DNA of 64,000 nt from Eledone cirrhosa. Lineage: Eukaryota. The notes under the pieces are model-generated. The model ran no database searches and was not told where the DNA came from. It was given only the letters and a program-made list of their open reading frames with translations. The stretch covers positions 407,092,001 to 407,156,000 of the forward strand of contig OZ024740.1 in assembly GCA_964016885.1 (NCBI GenBank). Reading direction: 5' to 3'. Positions 11,301-26,132 of the stretch are shown here, in pieces. A program made the translations under genes and the position numbers. Positions within the stretch are counted from its first letter, which is position 1. Each line of letters opens with the position of its first letter.

Positions 11301-14300
11301 TCATTTGTTTCGGCCTGGATGTTGTGGCACCAACATAACTTTACATTGAAAGGGGCGGTGTGGATGGGGTGGGGGTGGTGGGACGGGGGTGTATTTTGTT
11401 AGAGATGCCTACTGACTGTAGTAGGTTTTACTTTGTATTTAGGTAAGGCGGGTCTTCTCTATTACTGAGTACCGCCAAAGGTCTCAGTCCAGTGACATTG
11501 TCTTGGTGAGGTGTAAGTGTGTGAGGTCGGAGTTTATCAGCTCGTCCCATGTTTTTCTGGGTCTGCCTATTCCGTGGCTACCGTCTAGTATAAATACATT
11601 CCTTGAAAGGAAGTATATAAATTTCAAAAAAAGGAACATAAATGTTCTTTTTTACGAATAAGGACCAGTTGAATTTGTTATATTCCCACCAGACGATACC
11701 AGCTATTTTGAACATTTATACAAGAGCAACTCCGTCTATCCAAAGAGTGCTCTTATCTGGAAGAAAGTGGCAATTGTATTATTTCAAAGCTTTCCAATTT
11801 TCCCTTTAATGAAATGGACAGAATAAATGTTGATATCTAACTTGATGTCCCCTCCACTTTGTGAGCTTAGTGACCACGCAAGAGGGTTTTCATGACCACG
11901 TAAGAGGGTATATTCATTAGTAAACGGTAAAATATATACAACAAATGAGTAAGTGAATTGTGGTAGATGGTTTCCAGTCCAGTCAGACTGCAACTACAAA
12001 TAAAAAATAGACTTACTTTGACCTCGTATCAATGGGACCCTTGAGCTTCATGGAGTTTAGCTAACTCTTTGACGTTAGGCTGGATTTTCGTGAGCTGTAG
12101 CCGGAGATCTCCACGTGCAATCACATTGTAGCGGTTGCGAGCCTTACTATGCAGTCTGGAAACAATGCCAAACCCCCTCTCGACTAAGTATGAGCTAGGA
12201 AAAGGCAAAGCAAATCTCTTAGCCTCTGCATGTAGGAGTGGAAATTGACGCTGAATTTCCTCTTGCATCCAAAAAAGGGTTCACCTATTTTGGAAAATTT
12301 AATTTTGATAATGTCATCTGTCTGAAGTTCAATTAATTCTTCCTGAAATTTAATATCGAAATCGTCGACGTTAGCTATGAAGGGATCTGTTATCCACATT
12401 GGGATGTCCATCTGCAAAAGGTCGACAAACCGTTCTCTCATGTTGTCTTGTAGCGCACGGAGGTGAGCAGTATAAATTTGGAGTTGGTCATCGCTCACAA
12501 TGTTTTGAACATTGGCTACACTAGAAAAATTATAGAATTCCCGTCGACAAAGATTCCTTTCAATGACTTTCAATTTGGCCAGGAATATTTTCACAGCATT
12601 CCTTGCTTTAAACAAGGTGATCTTCTCCTCCTGCAAAGCCATAATGAGGCTATTGCATTTGTCGAGGGTTTTTTTTATACAGTTCTGTGTTACGTCCTCG
12701 AAGAAACTCAATGATAGAGTCAAACAGTTCAAAGAAGCAACATGCTACCTAGATTGAAGGTGGTACTTTGAAAAGATTTCTTCAATCTTTGCAAAATAAA
12801 ATACTTAGCAACGAATGAATTGCGAAGCTTGGAGACAGTGAGAAAGTAGTATTTGTATCCCTTATATATATATACATAGATAGATACAGACACACACAAA
12901 CACACATAGACGCGCACGCACGCACACGCACGCACGCACACGCACACACACACACACACAGAGACACACACACATGCACACACACACACACAAACTTGTG
13001 TGTGCCTTGGTTTGGGTACAGAAAGAATTTTGTCTACAGATTTTTATTGCCACTGCTCTTTTCAACAACGCCAAATAACAACGCTCCACACACACACTCA
13101 CACATATATATATATGAGTTGACATTGCACTCAGTGCTCCTGTGGGAGCCCCTACATGGACACACTGGAAGAGGAAGACCAAGGTTAACATATGTTGATG
13201 CCCTAAGGACAGACACTGGTCTGTTGGATACGCAGGACATGGCAGCGATGAGGGACGGAGACCGCTGGAGAGAACTCGTCCATGGATCTCGGGAATTTTA
13301 CCCACCCTAGATAGATAGATAGTTAGATATATATATATAAATGAAGAGAGAAAGAGGGAGGGACAGAGAGAGTAAGAAATGTGTGTGTGTTTGGTACACG
13401 TCTATCTATCTATCTATTTATCTCCAACAGGGGGATCACACATGCGGCCCGCGAACTACTTATCTGTGACCCGTGGTAGAACCAATATTTCATATTGCAT
13501 TATAACTGGTGAAAATAAGGCGGCGAGCTGGTGGAATCGTTAGCACATCTGGCGAAATGCTTAACGGTACTTCTTCCGTTTTTACGTTCTGAGTTCAAAT
13601 TCCGCCGATCTCAACTTTGCCTTACATCCTTTTGGGGTCGATGAATTAAGTACCAGTTGTGTACTAGGATCGATGCAATCGACTGAACCCTAAACCCCAA
13701 ATTTCATGCCTTGTTCCTATAGTAGAAATGATTATAACTGGTGAAAATGTTCACCCACCACCACGTTTGGCCCACTGTGCCTCTCCTCCAGGGCGTAATA
13801 GCCCTTTTATGTCCTTGAGTTTGAGACCCCTCTTCTACACACACACACATATATATTTTACTTTTTTTCTGTCTCTGGACTACGCCCATGCTGAGCATCA
13901 CCTTGGTAATTTATGGGGACGTCAACAAACCAACAAGCATTGGTGGGAGGGCAAACACAAACGCAAAGACACACACAGACATATATACATATATACGACG
14001 GGCTTCTTTTAGTTTCGATCTATCAAATCCACTCACAGGGCTTTGGACGGCCCGGGCAGTGGGACTGAACCCGGAAATATGTGGTTGGGAAACAAGCTTC
14101 TTGTCGCACTGCATATATATATATATATATATATATATGTTGATTTAACACTTCACTGCTCGCAAGTGTTTTTTAAGCTTCATATCATGTCTCCCTATTT
14201 TATCTGATGAGAACGCAAGTATCATCCCATGATGATATTTGTTTTTGAAATGCCCATAATAAAATACATGGAACTCTTTTAACCATCTTTTGATCTTATA

Positions 14301-14494
14301 TATATATATATATATACATATATATATGTGTGTGTGTGTGTGTATAATATATATATTATACACACACACATATATATATATATATATAACCTTACACACT
14401 TAAATATAAATGCATATATATATATATATACAAATGTATAAATGCAAAGCTATATACATACGTAAATGTATGTATGTATGTATGTAGATTTATA

Positions 14495-14526
<32 letters not shown>

Positions 14527-14527
14527 G

Positions 14528-14583
<56 letters not shown>

Positions 14584-17500
14584 GAAGCAGAAAATTGCTT
14601 ATTGTGATCCAGTTCGTGGTTAAGAAAGCCAGTTTCATGGATGGTTTCAACGTACGGTTAGAGGTAACTCCACAAGTTTGTAAGAATACCGTTCAATCTT
14701 GGAGTATAAATTATAAAAGAGAAAACACAAGTAAGCATTAAGAGAAGGATTTTATCCAGGTATTTACGACCGTTTCATTGGTAAGTGCAACCTTATATTG
14801 CTATACTGCAAATAGCAGCCACCCAATTATAATTGTTGTTCACGTCCAAATTTTCAAAACAGTGAGTAAGTTACTCTTGAAATATTTCTTAATATATAGA
14901 GAAAAACATTCTTTTGGAATTGTATTTACTAGTATAGAGAGAGAGGAAGAGGAATTAGAAGGTGAGGGGACAAACGGAATAGTATAGAGAGAGAAGAAGG
15001 GGAAGAAGAGTTAGGAAGTAGAGTGACAAACTGAGATGGAGGGAGGGGTAGAGGTGGAAGGATTCCTTGATCAGTTTTGATATGTAGACTTCATGTCGTG
15101 GAATGTAGTGAGTTAAAGAGAATTAAATTGATCATAGTGGGGTGGATAGAATATCCAGAATCTCAAGAGCACCAGACCAGATATGGCAACAGTACTCAAT
15201 ACAAAGATGAATGGTTGATTTATAAAGGTATAAGATATTTTTAGGCATGAAAAATTTTCTGGCACAACAAAATAAATCAAATTTCTGGGTAGCAGACTTG
15301 GTAATTGATGTAATATAATCATTCTAACTCAAATCAGTGGAAAATATCAGACCAAGAAGGCATACAGGGCTGCTCTATTGGAGGATATGATCAACGCTAC
15401 TAATGGAAGACAAATGTGGTTTTCTATGACGATTAAGGGATAACAGTTTAGTCTTAGATGCATTAAAGGTAACAAGCAATTATTTGCCCCACTCAACAAC
15501 AGATCAAAGGTCACATTCCAGAGTCACATTTCCAGAGGATAAGTCACAATTCTACAAATAGTTTGTGATGGTTAGATAAGACAGGAAAGTTGGTTCAAGG
15601 GCACAATGTCTTTGTATGACAACTAGTATAATCCTCATGTGTAGGAATCTGATTTCATTTATCTTAACAGGTGTTGTTTTTTTTACTCTATATGAGAGTC
15701 AGCGGAAAAGTTCATAGACCGATTATGAAGGATTGATGCTAGAGCTGTGAAATCTTGCATGCATTAATTTCAACTCATCTTGATAATAACTGCATTGCTT
15801 CTTTATGTTGAAAAATAAACCTGATTTGGTCATTCCATGAGAGTATCTTGGTCAGCCTATGAACTTTTCAGCTGACCCTTGTATGTCATGATAGACAGGA
15901 TATTTTAAATTAAGTTCTCAGTAGATTTTCACAATGATCCTGTTCTGATTTCCAGGTGAAATTTCTTCTTAACCCTTTAGCATTTAAACCGGCCGTATCC
16001 GCCCAGAATTCTCTTACCTCTTTCTGTTCAAACCAGCCACTCATACTGATGTTAAGGTATTGTTCTCAAAATAAATAATATCAAAATCTCGTAGATTCGA
16101 TATTATGAGGTAAAGCCTTTACTGTGTAAATATAATAGTAAATATAGAATAATGTAAATGCTAAAGAGTTAAGCATACTAATGGAAAAGCAGGAATAATA
16201 CAATTTCTTAACTTTTTTCCTATAAACATTCATCCCAACATCTATGTTGGGATGAATGTTTATAGGAAAAAAGTTAAGAATAAAAGCAGACCAACAAGTG
16301 ACTTGCAAGAAATAGCCAAATTACCCTCAAATCATGCCTTACCATCTTAAAAAGAGAAGGACAAATTGTATAATGTAATACTGAAAATAATTAGGTCATT
16401 CATATCTTATCTCAACTTAAGAATGAACCCAAGGTATGTTGTAAATAATTCAAGTGTATGAAAAACAACTGTTGGTGGTGGTGTTGTTGTTAGTGATGGT
16501 GGTGAATGAAAAACAACTGTTTTCTTGGTTTATTTACAAAAAAACTGATAACGAAATCTTAGCTTGGTGAGCTGTCCTTTAATAGTTGTATAATTAATCT
16601 ATTGTATTTGGTACACCAGGTTTTATATAGAAATTAAAAGACATTTATTTCTGATAATTTAAAAAACAGTCTAATGAAATGTATTTAAAACCAGATAAGG
16701 CTTGAAATGTATTGTAAATGTTGATGATTTTAGTAAGCTATTTTAATGCTATTCTCCATTAATTTATTCATGAATATTAACATCTTTTTTTTCTTCTACT
16801 AGTCAAAAGGTCAGTTGTGTGTTTGAGAGAGAGGGAGAGTTCAGTTAACTGAGTTAATTCTGGCAGGTTAGTCATACTTATTTTATTGACCACTGTAAAG
16901 ATAAAGGGTACTGAACTAGTTCTCTTCTTATTCGTGGGGGCTGAGTCCTCAAACATGCCTTTTAATGGGTCCTGTCAGAAGCACACATCTCCAATTGATC
17001 TGGTTGGACCCCCAAGCAATGTTTTCCATCCATCTTGCTTGAGGTCTCTTGTCAGTTAGTTTTGCCGTTAAAATCTGTCCATTGATTCTTTCCTGAGACA
17101 TTCTAACCACATGCCCATAATATCAGAACTGTGATCTCTCAAATCGGAGAAGTAGCAGCTCTACCTGGAGTGAATCATAATCTCGAAGCTATGCACTTTA
17201 TTAAGTAACATTACTCCAAAGATCCTTTGGAGGAACCCCATTTCAGCCACTTATATTCCCGATTGTATTCTTTCGGTCATTACCCAAGATTCATGACCAT
17301 AGGCAAAGGTTGGTACGAATACCAAATTGAAGATAGTGAGTTTAGCTTTTACACCTTCTTTCCTTCTGATGACCAAATGCTGAAGCTGGCTCATTACTGC
17401 TCCAATTCCTACAATTCTTGCACTTAACTCTAGCCTCCTGCCTTACATCACTCATGAACACAACCCCGAGATACTTGAACTTTTCCACCTGTTTCAGTGG

Positions 17501-20500
17501 AACTCCATTCACATGTGGAGTGCACTGTGCAGGCTTCCTTGAGAGGACGAGTGTCTCAGTCTTTGCAGTACTGATTTTCATTCCAGCTGTACAGCTGTAC
17601 TCACCTATCAAGTGCATGTCGGAGATTACCTTATGATGGCTGATCCTACACCTGCCAGTCATGATATTATTTCCCTCCCGGCTGCACATATCAATCTTCT
17701 TCATGAAGTTTATGAACAGGAGAGGTGACAGTACTCACCTTTGGCAGAGTTCGACTCCTATATTGATTGGTTTTGATTTAGCATCATTTATCCTAACATA
17801 AATACTCAGGCATTCATATAGAGACACCAGGGCAACAAGAAGCTGTCCATTGATCTCATACTCCTGCAGAACCTTCTACAGAAGGTCCCGTGTAACAAGG
17901 TCGAATGCCCTTTCAAGGTCTACGAAGCAAGTATTCTCCCATGAATTCTCAAAGACCTGCTGTAGTGTGAATATTTGGTTGGTTGTGCTGCTTCAGGGGC
18001 GAAACCCACACTGTTCATCAACTACCTTGAATTCAATATCTCTTTGCCAGATGCATAGCCTCCTCTACAATTGGAACAATCTCTTTTGTTTCATTTTTTT
18101 AAAATTGGAATTATCACTCCCGATTACCTTTGGTTAGGTGGCTTTCCAGAGATCCAGGCCACCTGGCACATACGAATCATCCAGAGAATACCTTCTCTAT
18201 TTAAGGCTTTTAACATCTTGGAGCGTTGGAGCGTATTTCATCCTCCTCAGTGTCCTTGCCACATTTGAGTTCTTTGATTGTATTTGTGACCTCAGCCTCC
18301 AAGAGATTGCACCTTGTGTACATCAGAAGATGCTGTTGTGATCAGGTTTGGGAGATGAGCAAAGTATTCTCTCTACCTCGCGAGGATGCATCTCTCTGGA
18401 GAGGAGAGAACTCCAGACGCATTCTTGATAGCCGATATGGAGAAGAAATTTTTATTACGAAGTTGGCGGACGGTCTGAACTAGTTAATACTTTTCATGTA
18501 ACATAATGAGAATTGCTACTATCGAGTAAGGGAAAAATTCATAATGTGTCAAGTCTGCAGCCCTGGTGTTGTCCTTATTTAGCCCCTAACTCAGCTCTGT
18601 TAATACTGATATATAACCAAAGGCATTCCATTTGTAACCATACTGTCTTTAAGGGATATCTATGATTGTTTTGTTTTTTTCAGTGTGTCTTATCCTTATT
18701 TTAGATAGTAGAATGTGATTTAAAGGACATTTGGCTAGCATTTCTAGCAGGCAGAGTGACCATGTAGAAGTTCTTGTATTCCTGGTTGGAAAATGAGTGA
18801 ACATAATAGCCTTTTATTTTGTTTTCCTTAAGGCCTTATGTCTAGACTGGTGTCAGCAACAAGTGGGCTGCAGCCCACAAGTTGGCCACTCAAGTGTTTT
18901 TTGTGGGCATTGGGCCTTTTCAAATTTTTTTTTATGTAAGATCATTATCACTGTTTCACATTCACTTTTCCATGCTTGCATGGGTTGTATGTTTTTTTTT
19001 TAATTTCTAGCACAGCACCCTTCCTTCTGTCTCCTCTGCTGTCTCCTCTGTAAACTTCAGCAATTTGAGATTAGCTTTCATCACCCCTGCCCAGATCTTC
19101 TTTAGTCTCCCTCGACTGCAGCTTCCTTCCACTGGGATTTCTTTGCAATTTTTCACCCAATGGTCATCATTCATATGCATCACATGTCCATACCAGTGCA
19201 GTCTTCCTTTATGCACATTACATTTTATTCCTTTTGTACCCAACTTTTCTTTCAGCTCATCCATACTTCACTATTCATGCACATTAACATTACTCATCCA
19301 CTCGAGCATGTTCACTTCATTTCTCTCCAGCCTTTGCATATCCTCTGTATTCACTACCCATGTCTCACTATCATACAAATTTATTTCACTGATGCTCTTA
19401 CTACCAACTATCCTTGTACATACAAACTCTACCTTTTCTGTCAGTCTGCCTACTATCCTACTATACTTCTTGTGTGTCCAGGATTTACATTGTAGAGAGT
19501 TTCTACCTACTCTTTTTCTATATATTGAGCAAGGTAACTTCAATGATGGGATCAGGCTTCTGTTTTCTTTCCTACTTATTAAAACTTTGTTTTTCCCAAG
19601 TTTACTCCAAAACCTTTTAATTATAAGTTGTTTCCAAAACTGGAATTTCTTCTCTAGCTCTTCTACAGATTTGGCTATAAGAACCATGTTTGGATACAGA
19701 AGTTCCCAACAACCAGTCTTAAATTCCTCTGTTATAGCCTGGAGAACTATAATAAATAGGAGTGAACTGAAGACAGAGCCCTGATTAAAACCTACCAGCA
19801 CATTGAATTCCTCACTAAACTCTTTACCTACTCTCACCCTGTAGGCCATGGGCAAAATGGAAAAAATTAAATGGGGACCATTACAAAATGAGGTTGTTCA
19901 TCCCTAGTTTAGACAAAGGAAATGTATACAATATACCAATTAGACCAAAATATGAACATTATAAAATCTTGGTGGTAAAAATATTGTTTGATATAATAAT
20001 AAATATTTATGCTAAAACACAGTGCATATTTGAGGACTTAAGGTAAATATAAAATAGATATAACTACTGTTTTGAATTAGAAATCTTTGTTGTGAAAAGA
20101 ATTAAGGTGAAGTGTAAATACTTTTAGCTATTCCTCCAACTATATATATAACATATATAGCATTGCTATAGTAATATTCCTCTGTGTATAGAATCATAGG
20201 GATAATTAATTGTCCTCTGATGAGGAGACAGAAGTTTCTGAAATGCAGTATAAAAATAACCTCTTATATTTTTCTGTATATGCAGGAATAGTTGGATGTT
20301 TTTATACTTAACACTTCTTTTCACAGCGAAGGCTTCTAATTAAAAAAATTGTAATTATATCTACTTAAAATTTACCTTTAAATTGTTTAATATGTCTGAA
20401 TAGTGAAAATCATTCAATATATGTATTTTTTTTTGCTTTAGTTATTGCAATGCAGCCATGCTGGGGCATCACATTCAATTGTTTTGGTTGCATATATTGA

Positions 20501-23500
20501 TCCTAATTAGTCTGGTACTTATAGTATCAATCTTGTAAGATACAAAATATAAAGGGTACATTGGTGTGAGGGAAGATAACTCGGTCAAGCATGAATATTG
20601 TGGCTTATTACTATTTAAATGTATTGCTTTTTCACCCCATGCCATCATGGAAATAAAATGAGGATGATAATGATATTCCAAGGTATTGATCAGCTCAAAG
20701 CTATGACAGAAAACACCCAAAGTCCATGAACTTGGACCGAATCCAGAGCTTCATAGTTGAGAAGCGAACCTCGAAACCATGCAATCATACACAATCCACA
20801 CACACACAACAAGCATATATTAAAGTTTACCATAGATTTTTAGTACAACGTTTTACAGTTACACACCTTCCTTAATTCTAAATCTCTTAGTAATACAGAT
20901 GTGAAATAGTAAATTGGATATTGTACTAAACTAGAAAACAGCACAGCTCCCATGATTTTCAGAAACAAACATTTTTTCATGCTCAGAGTTGCTGAAGCAT
21001 GGAACAAACTACCTGCATCGGTTGTTAGCTGTCGAGACACTGCATCCTTTAAAACCTCCATGCTTCCCAAGATTCGCCAACACTACACCTAATATTCCCC
21101 CTCCATACACACGCACACATGTATATCATGACTCATACACTGTTCACTTTCCTGACATTTGTACATTATCCTATGTACTATACATGCACCTTTGATGAGT
21201 TGTAGTGCACCTGAGCACTGTGCACAATAATGTCATTATTATTTTTATTATTACTCTTAATTCTACCTACTTCAGCTTACAGTAGATACTAGATTATCTG
21301 AAAATGATATTTGGGATAAGTCTCTTATCAAGGAAGAGATTTATTTTCCATCTACTTAACCCATTTATAGCCATATTTTCAATGAAAGACTCTGCCTATG
21401 ATTTTCACATAAGTTTTTAAATAATCAAGAACTTTGAGGGATTTTGTAATATTGCTTTCTTGGTATTAAGCTGCTATTTTGTAACATAACTTAACAAAAG
21501 TGCTTACATAAAATTATGATGGGAGATTTCCAGATAAATATAACACTTTAACCCTTTAGCATTTAAACCGACTGTATCTGACCAGAATTCTCTCACCTCT
21601 TTCTGTTCAAACTGGCTGCTCATGCAGATGTTAAGGTGTTGTTCTCAAAATATATATCACTAGCAGTGGTACCCGGCGTTGCACGGGATAAAGTATTTTG
21701 GAACGTGAGCTGCCAACACCTAATCGTGGAAAAACTGCATGCCTCAACAATATGTAAAGAAAATAAACCGAATACTCTGATGGCTGGATAATCTTTAAGA
21801 TTTTCCTCAATGAAGCAGGAAAAATGCAGGTTTTCACCTAATGCGGGCCGTAGGCCATAAAAATTTTCTTTGCTCACGGTATGAAGAAGAGACTGACTAA
21901 TACATAGTTACAATTTTAAGGAAATCGGTCTAACGTAACACCTCAAAATACCCCCCCTCTGCGTCCAGAACGCGCCCTTATAATATCTGTCTGTATGTCT
22001 GGCTGTCTGCTGCCTCCGGTTATTCTGCCACTCTTGCTCAAGACAAATCTCACACTCATTCTCCAAACAGTTGGTAAGTGCACACAACTTCCTCACGTTT
22101 TAAGCCACAGAGTTGCTTACTTACGTACCACCAGACCCTTACTTCTTTGCCAGCCATCCCCTGTTTTATATATATACCAGCAGAATGGCCTGGCGTTGCT
22201 TGGGATTTGCTCTAGGGTTTTTATATATTTGATATATATTTATCCTTATCGAGCCTCGTGAAATAAATACGTTTGTTTATATTTTGTTATTGTGTATGCA
22301 AAAATATCTGTCCATGAATATATAATTATATATATATCATCATCATCATACATATATATTAAAATAACAGATTATCATTATCATCATCATATATATATAT
22401 TAAAATAACAGATTAAAGTTTAAGCAAAGAATCACTGCTTTCACACTTAACGGGATCTTCTGAAACTAAAAAAATCAATCTGTGAATGCAGAAAATGAAT
22501 CGCTGCTTTCACCCTTAACGGGATATTCTACCTAAAAGCAGTATGAAGTACACTAAGACTAACTGATGTAATCTTTGGCCTTGTTTGTTTATATTTTGTT
22601 TTTGTGTATGCAAAAATATTTGTACACAAATATCTATATTAAAATAAAATATTAATGTTTAAGCAAAGAATCGCTGCTTTCAACCTTAACGGGATCTTCT
22701 TAAACTAAAAAAATCAATCTGGAAAACAGGAAGACGATACTTTGGTTCGTGAAGACGTTCCCTGGCAAAAGAATATATATACACACACACTGATCGCATC
22801 ATAATGACGTAATGCAGACAGTCAGGCATACAGACAGATATTATGAAGGCGTGACGTCATATCTATGTATCTATCTAAAAGGAGAAAGACTAAGAGAAAG
22901 AGATCGCTAAATCGCCTAATGCGGTCCCTAGGGCATTGAAAATTTGAAATTTCTTTTGCTCAAAACACTCACGGGACCATAAGAATTACATGTGTAAAGT
23001 TTGAAAAAAAACGGTTGGGTACTTCTCGAGTTTTAGGGAAACAGACACACAGACAGACATCTTCTGTTTTATATATATAGATAGATTATGTGAGGTAAAG
23101 CCTTTACCATGAAAATACAATAGTAAATATAGAATAATGTAAATGGTAAAGGGTTAAACTAAAAAGTTTTTGCATTATAGAATTAGAACTGGTTTCAGGC
23201 AGTTTATCAAAAGGGTTTATACTGTGAAACTAGAGCCAAGTACTGGCTTTTAAAAGTCTCTACCTTCTTGGTTGTGGAAACATTTACATATTCATACCAT
23301 CACATTTAGTCATGCAGTACCAAACTTTTCCTTTGTATTATTTTCCCCTATAAATCTAAGGCTCTAAGAAGGTTTTATTTTATCTTTGCAGGATGCCATT
23401 AAAGCACTAAATATTTTGCAAGTTAACAAGACACAAGGTCCTGAAGCCAAACTGAACTTTGTCAGGTCATGTTTAACTGACATTCATTTAACTGTGAGTT

Positions 23501-26101
23501 TCTTTACTTCTATTTCAATAAAACTAAATTCACACAGAACTTATATTGTTTAGCCACACGTCAGCACCTATCTAGCAGATCTATGATCAAAGCTATTCTA
23601 ATTGTGACCATCTCATCTGGGTTTTTTGTTTTAACAAAGTATATATATATATAGGATTACATTATCCCATGTGTCCTAAAGTATTAAAGACAATATTATC
23701 AGATTTGAGGAAGATTTAGTTGATATTTCTAGGAGGGCAGTGACCCTCATATAAAAACGATTGCACAGGGAAGATGTGGGCTCCATAAGCTGTAGTGAAA
23801 GCTACTCGTCTAGGAGAATAGATACTCCTAATAAAAACTGATACAGGGTGGAGAGCACTTTTAAGTCTGGTAAGACAACTTCTATAGTGCTGGTGGCACG
23901 AACAACACACCCAGTCCATGCTGTGATAGGAAAGACATCCAGCCAGTAAAATGCATGACAAATATGATTTCCACTAATTGTGAACACAGGGGTAACACTA
24001 GTCATGTCAGTACTGTGCATGGTAATGGGGTGGCTAGAGTAGCCATGTGTGAGAACCCTTTGACCATCATCAAGCAATCATGCAACCACTTTCCCTTTCA
24101 GGTACATAGAACCTCTAACCAAAGAAATAACAACAACTATCAAGATACAAGTCTTAGAATTGCCACCCTCAATGCTGGTACCCTGAAAGGCAAATCAGGT
24201 GAAATTGTGGAACTGTTAGAGAGAAGAGGAGTAGATGTATGTTGTGTACAAGAAGTGAGCTGGAGGAGTGCCTTAGTGAGACTAATCATGGGCAAACAAC
24301 ATAGATATAAATTCTATTGGGTAGGAAATGACAATGGGGTAGGTGGTGTAACCATCCTACTAGCTAAGAAATGGATAAATAAGGTGATAGAGTTAGAGTA
24401 AGTGACAGAATCATCAAGCTTAGATTAACTGAAGGAAATAGGCTGGTGACAATCACATCTGCCTATACTCTGCAGGTAAAGAACAAAGGGACAGGTTCTA
24501 TGAGGAACTTTTACAGACAACTTCAGGTATTGATGAAAGTGACATTATCCTAGCAGGTGACTTTAATGCATATGTGGGACAGTACCAGGATGGATTCAGT
24601 GGAGTTCATGGCAGCTATAGTTATGGCTCAAGGAATGAAGAATGAGTGAGGCTCCTGGAATTCTGTGATGCAAATGAACTAACCATCTGCAACACAAATT
24701 TCAGGAAACCAACCAATCACCTGATTTCATATCAATCGGGTGAACACACAAGCCAAATTGATTATTTACTTATTAGACAACAAGACAAATGGACTGTTAT
24801 AAATACTAAGGCGTTCTCTGGGGAAGAATACACTGCCCAGCACAAATTAGTCATTAGTGACATCAAAATAAATAAAAGACAGATCAAGGCATGCAAGAAA
24901 TATGGAAGCTAAAGGACCTCTCGGTTAAGTATAGCTGTAGAAAGGACCTACAGATGCACTTGATGAGAGGGATGTTGAGCTAGATAAAGTAGAGAACAAC
25001 TGGAAATTATTACACGAAAACCTTTTGTGAACTACTGCAAAAATAGGGGTAGCAGAGACCAGTACCAAATAGCTAAGAAAGAAGCTAGGCGACGGGTATA
25101 CACAGTTTGAAGAGAGGCTGAAGAAAGTAAGTTTACCAATGTCTTGAGGTGTGAGGATCAGAGGCATGAAATTTTCTGTAATGCAAAGCAGTGTGTTAGT
25201 GTGAATTGAGATGTTGTTGGGGAAAATGTGTTAGAAATGACGCTGGTGCGCTTAGCACCACAGATACCCAAAAGAAAGAAGCCTGGAAATGTTATTATGA
25301 GAGACTGATGAATGTAGAGAAACTACTCCCAACCCACTTAACAGAAGGTCCAGCTATTGAAGTTGATGGTTTTAGGGTGAAAGACACAATCAAGGAGATG
25401 AAGAATGGTAAAGATGCGGGACCATCAGAAATAGTTGCTGAGATGCTAAAAGCATCAGGAGAAGTAGGAGTCAAAATAGTGACCTGCATAGTAAATCAAG
25501 TAATACATGATGGAGTCATACCCAATGACTGCCTCGGCAGTACAAAGGAAGTCGAACAAACTATCAACAACTAACCCACTGATCACCTGCGAGTCAGTTT
25601 TCTCTCCTTATAGCCTCTTGGATTGTGTTTATCATTATTCCTTTATTATACAACTATTATGCAATATACACCTGATGATGTTGCCAGGATCCTACTTAAC
25701 CTGGCCACTGAAATGTATATAGTGTTTGCAGGAATAAAACTTTGAAGGAATTTCATCAGTCCGGCCTTCTGTCATTTTACTCAATAATAATTAACTCCGT
25801 TCTCACACCACCAACAAGATTCAACATCAAAGATGGATGAGTTGCAAAACGTTGAATGCTTTTCCTACTATTACATCATGGTTAACTTTACGGAATGACC
25901 AGTTGTATCCAGTGGTAAACCATCAAATTTAAATGTGTGTGTATATATATATATATGTATATATATATATACACACACACTCACACACACATATATATAT
26001 ACATATATGTATTTGTATGTATATGTGTAAATATATATGTATGTATGTATATATGTGTAAATATATGTGTGTGTATGTATATATATATGTGTAAATATAC
26101 A

Positions 26102-26132
<31 letters not shown>

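Noticed and set aside
14755-14870. Minus-strand hammerhead (GAAAC-GGTC-GTA)
   Set aside because: Only the 3' half is present and no CTGANGA box was found; treated as a decayed PLE-like remnant.
25305-25330. CTGATGA..GAAA as a hammerhead
   Set aside because: No stem II or stem I pairing; lies in RTE coding sequence. CTGATGA at ~2796, ~17365 and ~62507 (YADD codons) were rejected for the same lack of structure.
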